Positions 29,778 to 42,775 are shown, numbered from the stretch's first letter. The stretch: 44,112 bases of DNA from Betaproteobacteria bacterium (GCA_009924525.1 RFRK01000001.1:1-44112), one strand, 5' to 3'. The notes: generated by a model from the letters alone, not told the origin. A program made the numbers and translations.

Positions 29778-30509
29778 TTAGTTTTGATAATCGGAATCGG
29801 TCTGATCCAGGCCGCGTAAAAGCGCTGGCCATTCATCAATGCCTTCGAGGGCCTGTCTATCGCCGACCCACTGCTGATAGGTGGTCTTAGCCACAGCATC
29901 GGTGACACAGGCGGGTGATCCCGCTGCAGCAACGGTCAGTTGAATGCGAACGGCGCGCTCAAACAGATGCATCAGCACAAAGGCTTCGGCCACGCTTCGG
30001 CCGATCAGCAAGATGCCATGCTGCTCCAGAATCACGCCATCGAGATTGCCAAGGGCCCGCACCAGGCGCTGCTGCTCATCGGGCCCAAAGGCCAGGCCCT
30101 CATAGGCATGCCGGCCCAGCCGGCCGACAAGCCGAAGCGCGGGCTGCGAGCAGGGTAAGAGATCCTGTCCTGATGCGGCAAAGGCCTGGGCCCAAAAGCT
30201 ATGCAGATGCAATACGCAGACCGCATCAGGCCGTGCACGATGTACGCAGCCGTGGATTGCGAATCCACTGGGATTGATGGGTGCATGGGATCCATCAATC
30301 ACCTGGCCATCGACATTGACCATGACCAGATTTGAGGCGGTTATTTCGTTAAACCGCAGCCCAAATCGATTCAGCAAATAAGCATTGGCGTGGCCGGGTA
30401 CGCTGGCAGAGATATGGGTCCAGACAATGTCATCCCAGCCGCGCTGTGCGGCAAGCCGATAGGCGGCAGCCAGGTCGCGACGTTGTTCGGCTTCAGTCAA
30501 TGCGGTCAT
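29778..30509 (-). CDS. class II aldolase/adducin family protein
   Basis: DLAAAYRL, THIS, FNEITASNLV, INPSGF.IH..VH.ARPD..CVLHLH and QHG (Zn-binding His residues). Confidence 0.92.
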   Translation of the reverse strand: MTALTEAEQRRDLAAAYRLAAQRGWDDIVWTHISASVPGHANAYLLNRFGLRFNEITASNLVMVNVDGQVIDGSHAPINPSGFAIHGCVHRARPDAVCVLHLHSFWAQAFAASGQDLLPCSQPALRLVGRLGRHAYEGLAFGPDEQQRLVRALGNLDGVILEQHGILLIGRSVAEAFVLMHLFERAVRIQLTVAAAGSPACVTDAVAKTTYQQWVGDRQALEGIDEWPALLRGLDQTDSDYQN

Positions 30510-30513
30510 GGAT

Positions 30514-30858
30514 TCAAGGCATGAATTCTGGCGGGCGTTTTTTTACCCAGTTGATAAAGGCATGGATCTCGGGATGCTCAGCGAGCGCCTGCCAGCTGTT
30601 GTAGTGCCGCGCTAAGTCTTTTTCCGCAATCGTACGGTGAATTTTCTGATGGCAGATTTTATGGACCAGGAATTTCTCTTTGCCGCCGTGAGAGCGGGGA
30701 GTGAGGTGGTGCTCATCAATGCTTGGCCCTGGAATCAGCGCCCGGCCGCATAGGGGGCATGCTGCGGGAACATCTGAGGCCGGCAGCGGCGGCCCCACCT
30801 GAAGCCCGAGTATTCGGGCCTCTTTGGTGTTGGATCGCATGATGCGCCGTATGACCAT
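30514..30858 (-). CDS. small HNH-like zinc-binding protein (resembles the YisB/HlpB group)
   Basis: CPLCGR...HHLTP.S.GG....VH.ICH..IH followed by E..LA..YN....L..HP.I..F..WV.K.P. TAATG coupling to the etfD stop. Confidence 0.75.
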   Translation of the reverse strand: MVIRRIMRSNTKEARILGLQVGPPLPASDVPAACPLCGRALIPGPSIDEHHLTPRSHGGKEKFLVHKICHQKIHRTIAEKDLARHYNSWQALAEHPEIHAFINWVKKRPPEFMP

Positions 30859-32516
30859 TACATCCCCGTGTAATTTGGGCCGCCACCGCCTTCAGGGGTC
30901 ACCCAGACAATATTCTGGGTCGGATCTTTGATGTCGCAGGTCTTGCAATGGACACAGTTCTGCGCATTGATCTGCAGCCGCGCGCCTTCGGTGGGTGCAG
31001 AAATATTATTGCCTGATGCATCGAGGTATTCATAAACACCGGCCGGGCAGTAACGGCTTTCCGGCCCGGCATATGCTGAAAGATTAATTCCGACCGGCAC
31101 TGCCTGATCTTTCAGTGTCAGGTGGGCGGGTTGGTTTTCTTCGTGGGTTGTGCCCGATAAAAACACCGAGCTTAGGCGATCAAAAGTGATCTTTCCGTCG
31201 GGCTTGGGATATTGAATTTTTTCGCATTGCGCTGCGGGCTTTAAGGCCCCATGGTCGGGCTGGGCGCTGTGTAGAGTCCAGGGGGCTTTGCCGCCAAAGA
31301 GTTTCTGATCGATTCCAACCAGCAGTGTGCCAAGCCATAGGCCTTTGGACATCGCAGGCTTGAAGTTGCGTGCACGGTATAGCTCGTCGTACATCCAGGA
31401 ATTTTTAAAGGCACGCTCATAGCCGGTGAGCTCGGCGGAATCTAAATCGTTTTTTAGTGCCTGCACAATTGCGTCGGCCGCCAGCATGCCGCTTTTGATG
31501 GCCAGGTGGCTGCCCTTGATCCTTGAGGCGTTGAGAAATCCGGCATCGCAGCCAAGTAACGCACCGCCCGGGAAAATGAATTTCGGCAGTGCATTGAGCC
31601 CACCGGCGGTAATGGCCCGCGCACCGTAACCAATCCGTTTTCCACCCTCGAGATAAGGCCGAATTTTCGGGTGGGTTTTATAGCGCTGAAATTCTTCAAA
31701 AGGCGACAGCCACGGATTGGCGTAATTTAAACCCACCACATAGCCAATGGCCACCTGATTGTTTTCCAGATGGTACATAAATGAGCCACCGTAAGTCTGA
31801 CTGTCCAGCGGCCAGCCCGCAGTGTGAATCACCAGTCCAGGCCGATGATTTGCGGGATCAATCTCCCAGACTTCTTTTAATCCGATGCCATAAGACTGCG
31901 GATCGGCGTTTTGATTAAGTTTAAAACGTTCAATCAGCTGCCTGCCTAGGTGGCCGCGGGCGCCTTCGGCAAATAGTGTGTAGCGGCCCCAGAGTTCCAT
32001 GCCGTTTTGATAGTTCGCAGTGGGCGCTCCATCCTTACCAATGCCCATAGCGCCCGTGGCAACGCCTTTGACCCGGCCGTCGTCTTCATAAAGGATCTCG
32101 GCTGCAGCAAAGCCGGGAAAAATCTCAACACCCATGCCCTCAGCCTGCTGGGCAAGCCAGCGGGTGAAATTCGAAAGGCTCACCACATAGTTGCCGTGAT
32201 TTTTAAAGCACGCCGGCAGCATCCACTGCGGAAACTGGACGGCGCCAGTTTGTGAGAGCAGCAAAAAGCGGTCTTCGGTGACTGGCGTATTCAGGGGTGC
32301 GCCATCGGCCTTCCAGTTCGGCAACAATTCGTTAAGTGCAATCGGATCCATGACTGCGCCCGACAGGATGTGGGCACCGGGCTCCGAGCCTTTTTCTAGC
32401 ACGCAGACATTGACCTCGGGACTTACCTGTTTGAGTCGGATCGCCGCCGACAGGCCGGCCGGTCCTGCACCAACAATGACCACGTCGTATTGCATTGATT
32501 CGCGGGTTTGATCCAT
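30858..32516 (-). CDS. etfD: electron transfer flavoprotein-ubiquinone oxidoreductase
   Basis: RESM.YDVVIVGAGPAGL, GAHILSGA, KGSHLAIKSG and C-terminal 4Fe-4S motif YCPAGVYE...NCVHCKTCDIKDP. SD AAGGAGA upstream. Confidence 0.96.
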   Translation of the reverse strand: MDQTRESMQYDVVIVGAGPAGLSAAIRLKQVSPEVNVCVLEKGSEPGAHILSGAVMDPIALNELLPNWKADGAPLNTPVTEDRFLLLSQTGAVQFPQWMLPACFKNHGNYVVSLSNFTRWLAQQAEGMGVEIFPGFAAAEILYEDDGRVKGVATGAMGIGKDGAPTANYQNGMELWGRYTLFAEGARGHLGRQLIERFKLNQNADPQSYGIGLKEVWEIDPANHRPGLVIHTAGWPLDSQTYGGSFMYHLENNQVAIGYVVGLNYANPWLSPFEEFQRYKTHPKIRPYLEGGKRIGYGARAITAGGLNALPKFIFPGGALLGCDAGFLNASRIKGSHLAIKSGMLAADAIVQALKNDLDSAELTGYERAFKNSWMYDELYRARNFKPAMSKGLWLGTLLVGIDQKLFGGKAPWTLHSAQPDHGALKPAAQCEKIQYPKPDGKITFDRLSSVFLSGTTHEENQPAHLTLKDQAVPVGINLSAYAGPESRYCPAGVYEYLDASGNNISAPTEGARLQINAQNCVHCKTCDIKDPTQNIVWVTPEGGGGPNYTGM

Positions 32517-32588
32517 GCCATCTCCTTCGGGTGTTACAGGCTGATGCCGTTACACTATCAGGGTTTATTCCCTCTTTTGGAGCGCACC

Positions 32589-33281
32589 ATGAATAAGGTT
32601 TTTCCGACCGCCGTTGACGCCTTGCGCGACGTCTTGCGCGATGGCCAGACCCTGGCGGTGGGTGGCTTCGGGCTGTGTGGCATACCGGAGTCGTTGATCC
32701 TTGCGGTCCGTGAGCTTGGCGCAAAAAATCTCACCTGCATCAGCAATAACGCCGGTGTAGACGGCATTGGTTTGGGGGTTTTGCTGGAGTCGCGGCAGGT
32801 TAAAAAAATGATCGCCTCTTATGTAGGCGAGAACAAAGAGTTTGAACGACAGTTTCTCGCTGGTGAATTGGAGCTTGAGTTCACACCCCAGGGAACGCTT
32901 GCCGAGAAACTGCGTGCGGGTGGCGCTGGTATTCCTGCGTTTTTTACCCGGACCGGAGTCGGCACGATGGTCTCAGATGGCAAAGAGATTCGGCAGTTCC
33001 ACGGGAAAAACTATGTCCTGGAGGAGTCGCTTTTTGCAGATATCTCTTTGGTGAAGGCCAAGACTGCGGATCGGGCAGGCAACCTGGTCTTCAACCTCAC
33101 GGCCCGAAATTTCAATCCTAATGTAGCCATGGCCAGCCGGATGACCATTGTTGAGGTCGAAGAGCTGGTAGAGATCGGTGATTTACACCCTGATGAAATT
33201 CACACACCAGGGATTTTCGTTAAGCGCATCGTGGTGAATCGCAGCCCGAATAAGCACATCGAGAAAAGGACAACACGCTGA
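32589..33281 (+). CDS. scoA: 3-oxoacid CoA-transferase subunit A
   Basis: [28 protein letters not shown] and TARNFNP. Start moved to ATG 32589. Confidence 0.9.
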   Translation: MNKVFPTAVDALRDVLRDGQTLAVGGFGLCGIPESLILAVRELGAKNLTCISNNAGVDGIGLGVLLESRQVKKMIASYVGENKEFERQFLAGELELEFTPQGTLAEKLRAGGAGIPAFFTRTGVGTMVSDGKEIRQFHGKNYVLEESLFADISLVKAKTADRAGNLVFNLTARNFNPNVAMASRMTIVEVEELVEIGDLHPDEIHTPGIFVKRIVVNRSPNKHIEKRTTR

Positions 33282-33922
33282 TGGCCTGGACCAGAGAAGA
33301 GATGGCGGCCCGCGCCGCCAAAGAGTTGCGTGACGGGTTTTATGTGAACCTTGGCATTGGCCTGCCGACGCTGGTGGCCAACTATGTGCCCCAGGGCATG
33401 ACCGTCTGGCTGCAGTCAGAAAATGGGCTGCTCGGTATTGGCCCCTTTCCCACTGAAGAAGAGGTCGATGCTGACCTGATCAATGCTGGCAAGCAGACCG
33501 TGACCACGCTGCCGGGATCTTCGATTTTTTCCAGCGCGGATTCCTTTGCCATGATTCGTGGCGGCCACATCAACCTAGCAATCCTCGGGGCCATGCAAGT
33601 CTCCGAGAAGGGCGATCTGGCCAACTGGATGATTCCAGGCAAGATGATCAAGGGCATGGGCGGGGCGATGGATCTGGTGGCAGGGGTGGATCGCGTGGTG
33701 GTGCTCATGGAGCACACCGCCAAGAAAAAGGATGGCTCCGAGGAAATCAAGATCCTGCCGGAGTGCAACCTGCCGCTGACCGGCGTGGGAGTGGTCAATG
33801 AGATCGTCACCGATTTGTGTGTGCTTTCCGTCACCATTAAGGGCCTTGAGCTGCGGGAGCTGGCCCCCGGGGTCACCATTGATGAAGTCCGGGCCAAAAC
33901 AGGCTGCCCAGTCATCGAATAA
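33281..33922 (+). CDS. scoB: 3-oxoacid CoA-transferase subunit B
   Basis: [14 protein letters not shown] (catalytic Glu), DLANW and [14 protein letters not shown] coupling. Confidence 0.9.
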   Translation: MAWTREEMAARAAKELRDGFYVNLGIGLPTLVANYVPQGMTVWLQSENGLLGIGPFPTEEEVDADLINAGKQTVTTLPGSSIFSSADSFAMIRGGHINLAILGAMQVSEKGDLANWMIPGKMIKGMGGAMDLVAGVDRVVVLMEHTAKKKDGSEEIKILPECNLPLTGVGVVNEIVTDLCVLSVTIKGLELRELAPGVTIDEVRAKTGCPVIE

Positions 33923-33937
33923 GGTCTCTTACAATAG

Positions 33938-35629
<1,692 letters not shown>

Positions 35630-35633
35630 GCCC

Positions 35634-36488
35634 ATGAAACTCTGCGGATTTGATGCGGGCTTGGCGCACCCATTTTTTCTGATTTCTGGCCCGTGCGTGG
35701 TGGAATCTGAGCAGCTGCAGATGGATACGGCCGGCACATTGAAAGAAATCTGCGCAGGCCTGGGGATCCCCTTTATTTTCAAATCCAGTTATGACAAGGC
35801 CAACCGCTCCTCGGGTACTTCATTTCGGGGGTTGGGTATGGAAAAGGGCCTGGAGATTCTGGCGAAGGTGAAATCATCACTGAATGTCTCCTTGCTTACT
35901 GATGTGCACAGCGAAGATGAAATCGCCGCAGTTGCGAAGGTGGTCGATGTGCTGCAGACCCCGGCGTTTTTATGCCGGCAGACTGATTTCATTCGGGCAG
36001 TGGCCCAAAGCGGCCGGCCAGTGAATATCAAAAAGGGTCAATTTTTAGCGCCTGGAGATATGGTCAATGTAATACAGAAGGCCCGTGAGGCTGCCCGCGA
36101 TGCGGGACTCTCGGAAGACCGCTTTCTTGCGTGCGAGCGGGGCGCAAGCTTTGGCTACAACAATTTGGTGAGCGATATGCGCAGCCTGGCCATCATGCGC
36201 GGCACGGGCTGCCCGGTGGTGTTTGATGCGACCCATTCGGTGCAGCTGCCGGGCGGGCAGGGCACATCCTCCGGCGGGCAGCGGGAGTTTGTGCCGGTGT
36301 TATCGCGCGCCGCAGTCGCGGTCGGAATTGCAGGAATCTTTATGGAGACCCATCCTGATCCCTCAAAGGCTTTATCGGATGGGCCGAATGCGGTGCCGCT
36401 GCATCAGATGAAAGCACTGCTGGAGCAGCTGGTCACGATTGATCGCGCCGTGAAGGCAAGGCCTTTTCTCGAGGATCATTTTAATTAA
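35634..36488 (+). CDS. kdsA: KDO 8-phosphate synthase
   Basis: [32 protein letters not shown] and DATHSVQ. Start moved to ATG 35634. Confidence 0.97.
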   Translation: MKLCGFDAGLAHPFFLISGPCVVESEQLQMDTAGTLKEICAGLGIPFIFKSSYDKANRSSGTSFRGLGMEKGLEILAKVKSSLNVSLLTDVHSEDEIAAVAKVVDVLQTPAFLCRQTDFIRAVAQSGRPVNIKKGQFLAPGDMVNVIQKAREAARDAGLSEDRFLACERGASFGYNNLVSDMRSLAIMRGTGCPVVFDATHSVQLPGGQGTSSGGQREFVPVLSRAAVAVGIAGIFMETHPDPSKALSDGPNAVPLHQMKALLEQLVTIDRAVKARPFLEDHFN

Positions 36489-37826
<1,338 letters not shown>

Positions 37827-37847
37827 AGGTCTGCGGGGCTGCGGCCA

Positions 37848-38237
37848 GTGAATACCATCGATCGCATCGAGCACTTTATTCGGAGGTTTCCTCGGCCGGG
37901 GCTGACTCAGATTCTGTTGGGCGTGCTGATCCTGCTGCAGTTTCCGCTTTGGTTTGGGCAGGGCGGATGGATTCGGGTCTGGCGGCTTGAGCGTCAGGTG
38001 GAGGCCAAGCAGCTTGAGAATGAAACCAAGCGGCTGCGCATCGCAGAGCTGGAGGGCGAAGTGCGGGACTTTAAAAGCAGTCCGCGAGCCGCTGAGGAAC
38101 GGGCCCGTTATGAGCTGGGCATGATCATGCCCGGTGAGCGGTTTGTGCAGTGGGGTGAGCCAGCTGCGCCGGCTTCGGCTGGCAGCGCTACTGCAGGGTC
38201 TGCGGACCCCCAGAGCCGGAAGGGTGGGCGTCCGTAA
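37848..38237 (+). CDS. ftsB: cell division protein FtsB
   Basis: TM helix with QFPLWFGQGG, a coiled coil and EERARYELGM..PGE. Follows eno. The GTG start is uncertain. Confidence 0.9.
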   Translation: MNTIDRIEHFIRRFPRPGLTQILLGVLILLQFPLWFGQGGWIRVWRLERQVEAKQLENETKRLRIAELEGEVRDFKSSPRAAEERARYELGMIMPGERFVQWGEPAAPASAGSATAGSADPQSRKGGRP

Positions 38238-39162
38238 AGAGCGCCGCGCAGTCGACCGCATCAAAGGCGTAGTTGTTGTTGCAGAAATCGCAGTTCACTT
38301 CGACCTGGCCCTGTTCGGCAAGAATCGATTCAATTTCGGGCTGGCCCAGCATGCGTAGCATCTTGCTGACCTTTGTTCGCGAGCAGGGGCAATGAAATTG
38401 GACCTGTTTTTCTTCAAGCAGGCGCGGATTTTTTTCCCAGAACAGGCGATGTAAAAGGGTCTGGCCCTCGGTCTGCAGTAACTCCTCTGGCGTCAACGTA
38501 TCGGCCAGTGTGATCAGTGTCTGCCATTGGTCATCTGCCTCCACAGCGGTGAGTGTGGATTGCGGACTAGATTGATGGGAAGTGCCGCCTTCAGTTGGCA
38601 TTTTTTGTAGCAGCAGACCTGCCGCCCGCTCCCCATCGCAGGCCAGCCAGAGTCGCGTGGGTAGCTGTTCTGATTTGGCCATGTAGGCCTCGAGGGCCTG
38701 GGCCAGGCCCTCTTCATGCAGTGGAACGATGCCTTGGTAAGGACTCTGGGTGCTGACTTGCGGATCCAGTACAACCGAGAATCGGCCAAGGTTGTGTTGA
38801 TTGACCAGATCTTGCCAGCAGGCACCAGGCTTTACGGTCAGCGTCTCTGACATCTTGATGGTGCTGCGAAACTCAAGCATTGAATTACATTCGGCAACGG
38901 CTAGCCGAATCGGACCATCGCCATGAATTTGCAGAATGACTGCGCCCTGATACTTCAGACTGGCCGACAGCAGGATCGAAGCGCAGCTCATCTCGCCGAG
39001 CAGCGCCATGACTTCGGGCGCCTCAGCATGCCGGTGGGCAACCTCCAGCCAAGAGCGGTCAATTCGCACCAGGTGGGCCCGGGCGGCAACGCCTTCGAAC
39101 ATGATGCGCATCAGGCGATCGCCTGTGGCCGGGGCGCTCTCTTGGTTTTGTTTTTTAGTCAA
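38188..39162 (-). CDS. hslO: Hsp33 redox-regulated chaperone
   Basis: GDGP, YQGIVPL, SEQLPT and AAGLLLQ, plus the Zn switch CPCS...CDFC. Confidence 0.95.
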   Translation of the reverse strand: MTKKQNQESAPATGDRLMRIMFEGVAARAHLVRIDRSWLEVAHRHAEAPEVMALLGEMSCASILLSASLKYQGAVILQIHGDGPIRLAVAECNSMLEFRSTIKMSETLTVKPGACWQDLVNQHNLGRFSVVLDPQVSTQSPYQGIVPLHEEGLAQALEAYMAKSEQLPTRLWLACDGERAAGLLLQKMPTEGGTSHQSSPQSTLTAVEADDQWQTLITLADTLTPEELLQTEGQTLLHRLFWEKNPRLLEEKQVQFHCPCSRTKVSKMLRMLGQPEIESILAEQGQVEVNCDFCNNNYAFDAVDCAALFTDAHPSGSGGPQTLQ

Positions 39163-39166
39163 TCTT

Positions 39167-39691
39167 TTAGTTGATCGCTTTAAGTTCTTTTCGGAATCGT
39201 GCGGCCCGCTCTATATAGGTCTTGATGCCGCGATGCATATTGGCAATCTCATCGTCGGTCAGCTGCCGTACTGCTTTTGCAGGCGAGCCCAGCACGAGTG
39301 ATCGATCAGGAATTACAGTCCCTGTGGTCACCAGCGCACAGGCCCCGACTAAACAGTTCTTACCAATGATTGCATCATTTAGGACCACCGCTTGTATGCC
39401 AATCAGACTTCCTGATTCAATAGTGCATCCGTGCAGCATGGCCTGATGGCCTACCGTGACATTGTCGTGAACTGTAAGCGGTGAGCCCGGGTCGGTGTGC
39501 AGGACTGCACCCTCTTGAACATTGGATCCTTGGCCAATCACGATCAGCTCGTTATCACCACGAAGGGTCGCGCCGAACCATATGCTGCTTTCGGCCCGCA
39601 GTTCGACCTTGCCGATCAAGACTGCGGTGTCGGTGACATAGGCGGTGGGGTCAATCGTTGGCCGATGGGGGCCAAGGGCATAAATAGGCAT
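39167..39691 (-). CDS. gamma carbonic anhydrase family protein
   Basis: Hexapeptide repeats with LRGD, SNVQEG.VLH, VGH...LHGC and GSPAK. Confidence 0.93.
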   Translation of the reverse strand: MPIYALGPHRPTIDPTAYVTDTAVLIGKVELRAESSIWFGATLRGDNELIVIGQGSNVQEGAVLHTDPGSPLTVHDNVTVGHQAMLHGCTIESGSLIGIQAVVLNDAIIGKNCLVGACALVTTGTVIPDRSLVLGSPAKAVRQLTDDEIANMHRGIKTYIERAARFRKELKAIN

Positions 39692-39785
39692 TCGGGTATC
39701 GTGGGCTGATAAAGCGCCGATTTTGTCATGGGCTACTCAGATTCTGAAAAAAGCAGAGCTGCCGATGCTTCGCTACCATCGGGTT

Positions 39786-40643
39786 ATGGCAGAGCAATTT
39801 CCACACGACATCAATGCTGATTTGCATATGCACTCCACGGCCTCCGATGGCGCGCTGACACCCGAGCAGGTGGTGCGCCGCGCCGCGGCCAATGGCGTAC
39901 AGGTGCTGGCATTGACCGATCACGATACCGTGAGCGGCCAGCAGACGGCGATGGAGACCTCGCGCGGGCTTGGCCTGCACTATGTGCCTGGCGTAGAAAT
40001 CTCCGTGACCTGGGGTGGTGAAACGGTGCATGTGGTCGGACTGAAGATCGACATCAACCATCCGCAGCTCAATCAAACCCTCTCACAGATCCGCGAGGGT
40101 CGACAAACAAGGGCTAAGGCGATGGCGGAGCATCTTGTTAGCCATGGCCTGCCGGATCTCTTGGAAGATGCCAAGAGCCATGCCGCCAATCCAGATCTCA
40201 TTGGCCGCACGCACTTTGCCCGTGCGATGGTAGCGCGGGGCCTATGCAGCTCCATGGGAGATGTGTTTCAGCGCTATCTCACTCCAGGAAAGCCGGGCTA
40301 TCAGGCCCACCAGTGGGCCACATTGACCCAGGCCGTGACAGCGATTCGTGCTGCAGGCGGTGTCGCAGTGCTTGCCCATCCGGCGCGCTATCGATTAAGT
40401 GCGATTGGCCACTGGGCCCTGATTGATGAATTTAAGACCCTCGGCGGCCAGGCCATCGAGGTGGTTACGGGCAGCCATTCGGATCAGGATGCTCGCCGAT
40501 TCCAACGTGTCGCGGTCGAGCAGGGCCTGCATGCCTCGCGGGGCAGCGACTTTCATGCCGAGGGCGAGAGCCGGTTCGATGTCGGGGCGGTGCCGCCACT
40601 ACCCGATGCGACCCGACCTGTATGGCATAACTGGACTGGCTGA
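39786..40643 (+). CDS. PHP-domain phosphoesterase (YciV/TrpH-like)
   Basis: DLHMHS.ASDG, LTDHD, GVEIS, RTHFAR, AHP and GSDFH. ATG 39786 preferred; ATG 39765 or TTG 39723 possible. Confidence 0.9.
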   Translation: MAEQFPHDINADLHMHSTASDGALTPEQVVRRAAANGVQVLALTDHDTVSGQQTAMETSRGLGLHYVPGVEISVTWGGETVHVVGLKIDINHPQLNQTLSQIREGRQTRAKAMAEHLVSHGLPDLLEDAKSHAANPDLIGRTHFARAMVARGLCSSMGDVFQRYLTPGKPGYQAHQWATLTQAVTAIRAAGGVAVLAHPARYRLSAIGHWALIDEFKTLGGQAIEVVTGSHSDQDARRFQRVAVEQGLHASRGSDFHAEGESRFDVGAVPPLPDATRPVWHNWTG

Positions 40644-40658
40644 TAAAATTCGGCCCAA

Positions 40659-41861
40659 ATGTACCCTCAACGCGTTTTATCGGGCATGCGGCCCACGGGG
40701 TCGTTGCACCTCGGGCACTACCACGGAGTTTTAAAAAACTGGGTTCGGCTGCAGTCTGAGTACGAATGCCTGTTCTTCGTGGCGGACTGGCATGCGCTGA
40801 CCACCCATTACGATGAGCCCCAGGTCATCTCGGAAAATGTCTGGGGCATGCTGATTGACTGGCTGGCCGCAGGCGTGGATCCCAGCCAGGCCACGCTGTT
40901 TATTCAGTCGCGTGTGCCTGAGCATGCTGAATTGCATCTGCTGCTGTCGATGTGTACACCATTGGGCTGGCTTGAGCGGGTTCCCACCTACAAGGATCAG
41001 CAGGAAAAATTAAGCGAACGGGATCTGGCCACCTACGGCTTTCTTGGCTACCCCTTGCTTCAGGCGGCTGACATTCTGATTTATCGCGCTGGCTATGTTC
41101 CGGTAGGCGAGGATCAGGTGCCGCATGTGGAGCTCACGCGCGAAATTGCGCGCCGCTTTAACCATGTCTTTGGCCGTGAGCCCGGCTTTGAAGAAAAAGC
41201 CCAGGATGCAGTAAAAAAATTGGGCGGCAAGCGGGCCCGGTTATACAGCGATTTGCGTGATCGATTTCAGGAAAAAGGCGATGAGGCTGCCTTAGAGCAG
41301 GCCAAGGCCCTGGTCCAAGAGGCTCAGAATCTCACTATGGATGATCGTGAACGGCTCTTTGGATTTCTTGAGGGAGCCCGACGGCTCATTCTTGTTGAGC
41401 CCCAGGCCTTACTTACTGAGGCCTCTCGTATGCCTGGCTTAGATGGGCAGAAAATGTCCAAGAGCTATGGCAATACGATTGCCATGCGTGAGCCGACTGA
41501 CAGCATTGTTCAGAAGATGCGCAAGATGCCCACCGATCCGGCCCGCATTCGTCGCGCTGATCCCGGCAATCCCGAGCGCTGCCCGGTATGGCAGCTGCAT
41601 CAGGTGTACTCTGATGAGGATCGGCAGAAGTGGGTTTCGGCGGGCTGCACCAGCGCGGGCATTGGATGCTTGGAGTGTAAGCAGCCCCTGATTGATGCTG
41701 TGTTAGATGAGCAAAAAGAATTTCTTGAGCGGGCCCGGCCTTACGAGGAAGATCCCGATTTATTAAGAAGCATTGTTGCCGACGGCTCGGAGAAGGCCCG
41801 TGAGATGGCCCGCCAGACCATGCGCGATGTGCGCGAGGCGATGGGCCTGGATTACAGTTGA
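40659..41861 (+). CDS. trpS: tryptophan--tRNA ligase
   Basis: SGMRPTG.LHLGH (HIGH), YPLLQAADIL, VPVGEDQ and KMSKS. Confidence 0.97.
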   Translation: MYPQRVLSGMRPTGSLHLGHYHGVLKNWVRLQSEYECLFFVADWHALTTHYDEPQVISENVWGMLIDWLAAGVDPSQATLFIQSRVPEHAELHLLLSMCTPLGWLERVPTYKDQQEKLSERDLATYGFLGYPLLQAADILIYRAGYVPVGEDQVPHVELTREIARRFNHVFGREPGFEEKAQDAVKKLGGKRARLYSDLRDRFQEKGDEAALEQAKALVQEAQNLTMDDRERLFGFLEGARRLILVEPQALLTEASRMPGLDGQKMSKSYGNTIAMREPTDSIVQKMRKMPTDPARIRRADPGNPERCPVWQLHQVYSDEDRQKWVSAGCTSAGIGCLECKQPLIDAVLDEQKEFLERARPYEEDPDLLRSIVADGSEKAREMARQTMRDVREAMGLDYS

Positions 41862-41896
41862 TCCAAAGCACCTCTGACTGAGATAGCGAGACCACC

Positions 41897-42775
41897 ATGA
41901 TCACCGGAAGCCTAGTAGCGATTACCACGCCGATGCATCCCGACGGCAGTCTGGATCTTGCAAGCTATCGCGGACTGATCGATTGGCATATCGCCCAAGG
42001 CACCCAGGCGATTGTGGCAGTTGGTACTACCGGCGAGTCTCCTACCGTTGATGTCGAGGAGCATCTCGAGTTAATTCGTGTGGCAGTAGAGCAGTGCCAA
42101 TCAAAAATCCCGGTGATTGCGGGCACCGGCGCAAACTCTACTTTGGAGGCAATAGAGCTCACCCGTGAGGCGGCCCGCATGGGAGCGGCAGCCTCATTGC
42201 AGGTGGTGCCTTACTACAACAAGCCTACACAGGAAGGCCTGTATCGGCATTACAAGACCATTGCCGAGGCCTGCGATATCCCGATTATTTTGTATAACGT
42301 GCCGGGCCGCACTGTCGCCGATCTCGCCCATGAGACCACGCTGCGGTTAGCTCAGATCCCTAACATCGTCGGTATCAAAGATGCGACCGGCAATATCGAG
42401 CGCGGCCAGTGGCTGATCCATGAGGCGCCGAAGGATTTTGCGATCTACAGCGGTGACGATGGCACTGCAGTAGCACTCATGCTGCTGGGCGGACATGGGA
42501 ACATTTCGGTGACGGCCAATGTCGTACCGGCCATGATGGCAAAACTCTGCACTCTGGCAATGTCAGGCCGCGTCGCCGAGGCGGCAGCCCTGCAGCGGCA
42601 GCTACTTCCCCTGCATCGGGCTATGTTTATCGAGGCCAATCCGATTCCAGTAAAGTGGGCCCTTGCCCGTATGGGACGATCGCCAGCTGGCCTTCGCCTG
42701 CCCTTGGTGGAACTCTCCAAGGCCAATCAAGCGGTGGTCGAAGCCGCCCTTCACTCAGTAGGAGCCCTTGGATGA
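41897..42775 (+). CDS. dapA: 4-hydroxy-tetrahydrodipicolinate synthase
   Basis: [25 protein letters not shown] (Schiff-base Lys), SGDD and NPIPVK. Confidence 0.97.
   Translation: MITGSLVAITTPMHPDGSLDLASYRGLIDWHIAQGTQAIVAVGTTGESPTVDVEEHLELIRVAVEQCQSKIPVIAGTGANSTLEAIELTREAARMGAAASLQVVPYYNKPTQEGLYRHYKTIAEACDIPIILYNVPGRTVADLAHETTLRLAQIPNIVGIKDATGNIERGQWLIHEAPKDFAIYSGDDGTAVALMLLGGHGNISVTANVVPAMMAKLCTLAMSGRVAEAAALQRQLLPLHRAMFIEANPIPVKWALARMGRSPAGLRLPLVELSKANQAVVEAALHSVGALG

Noticed and set aside
30514-30858. HNH gene as a mobile element, homing endonuclease or defence system
   Set aside because: No flanking repeats, intron, methyltransferase or integrase. The gene is coupled in-operon and host-like in composition.
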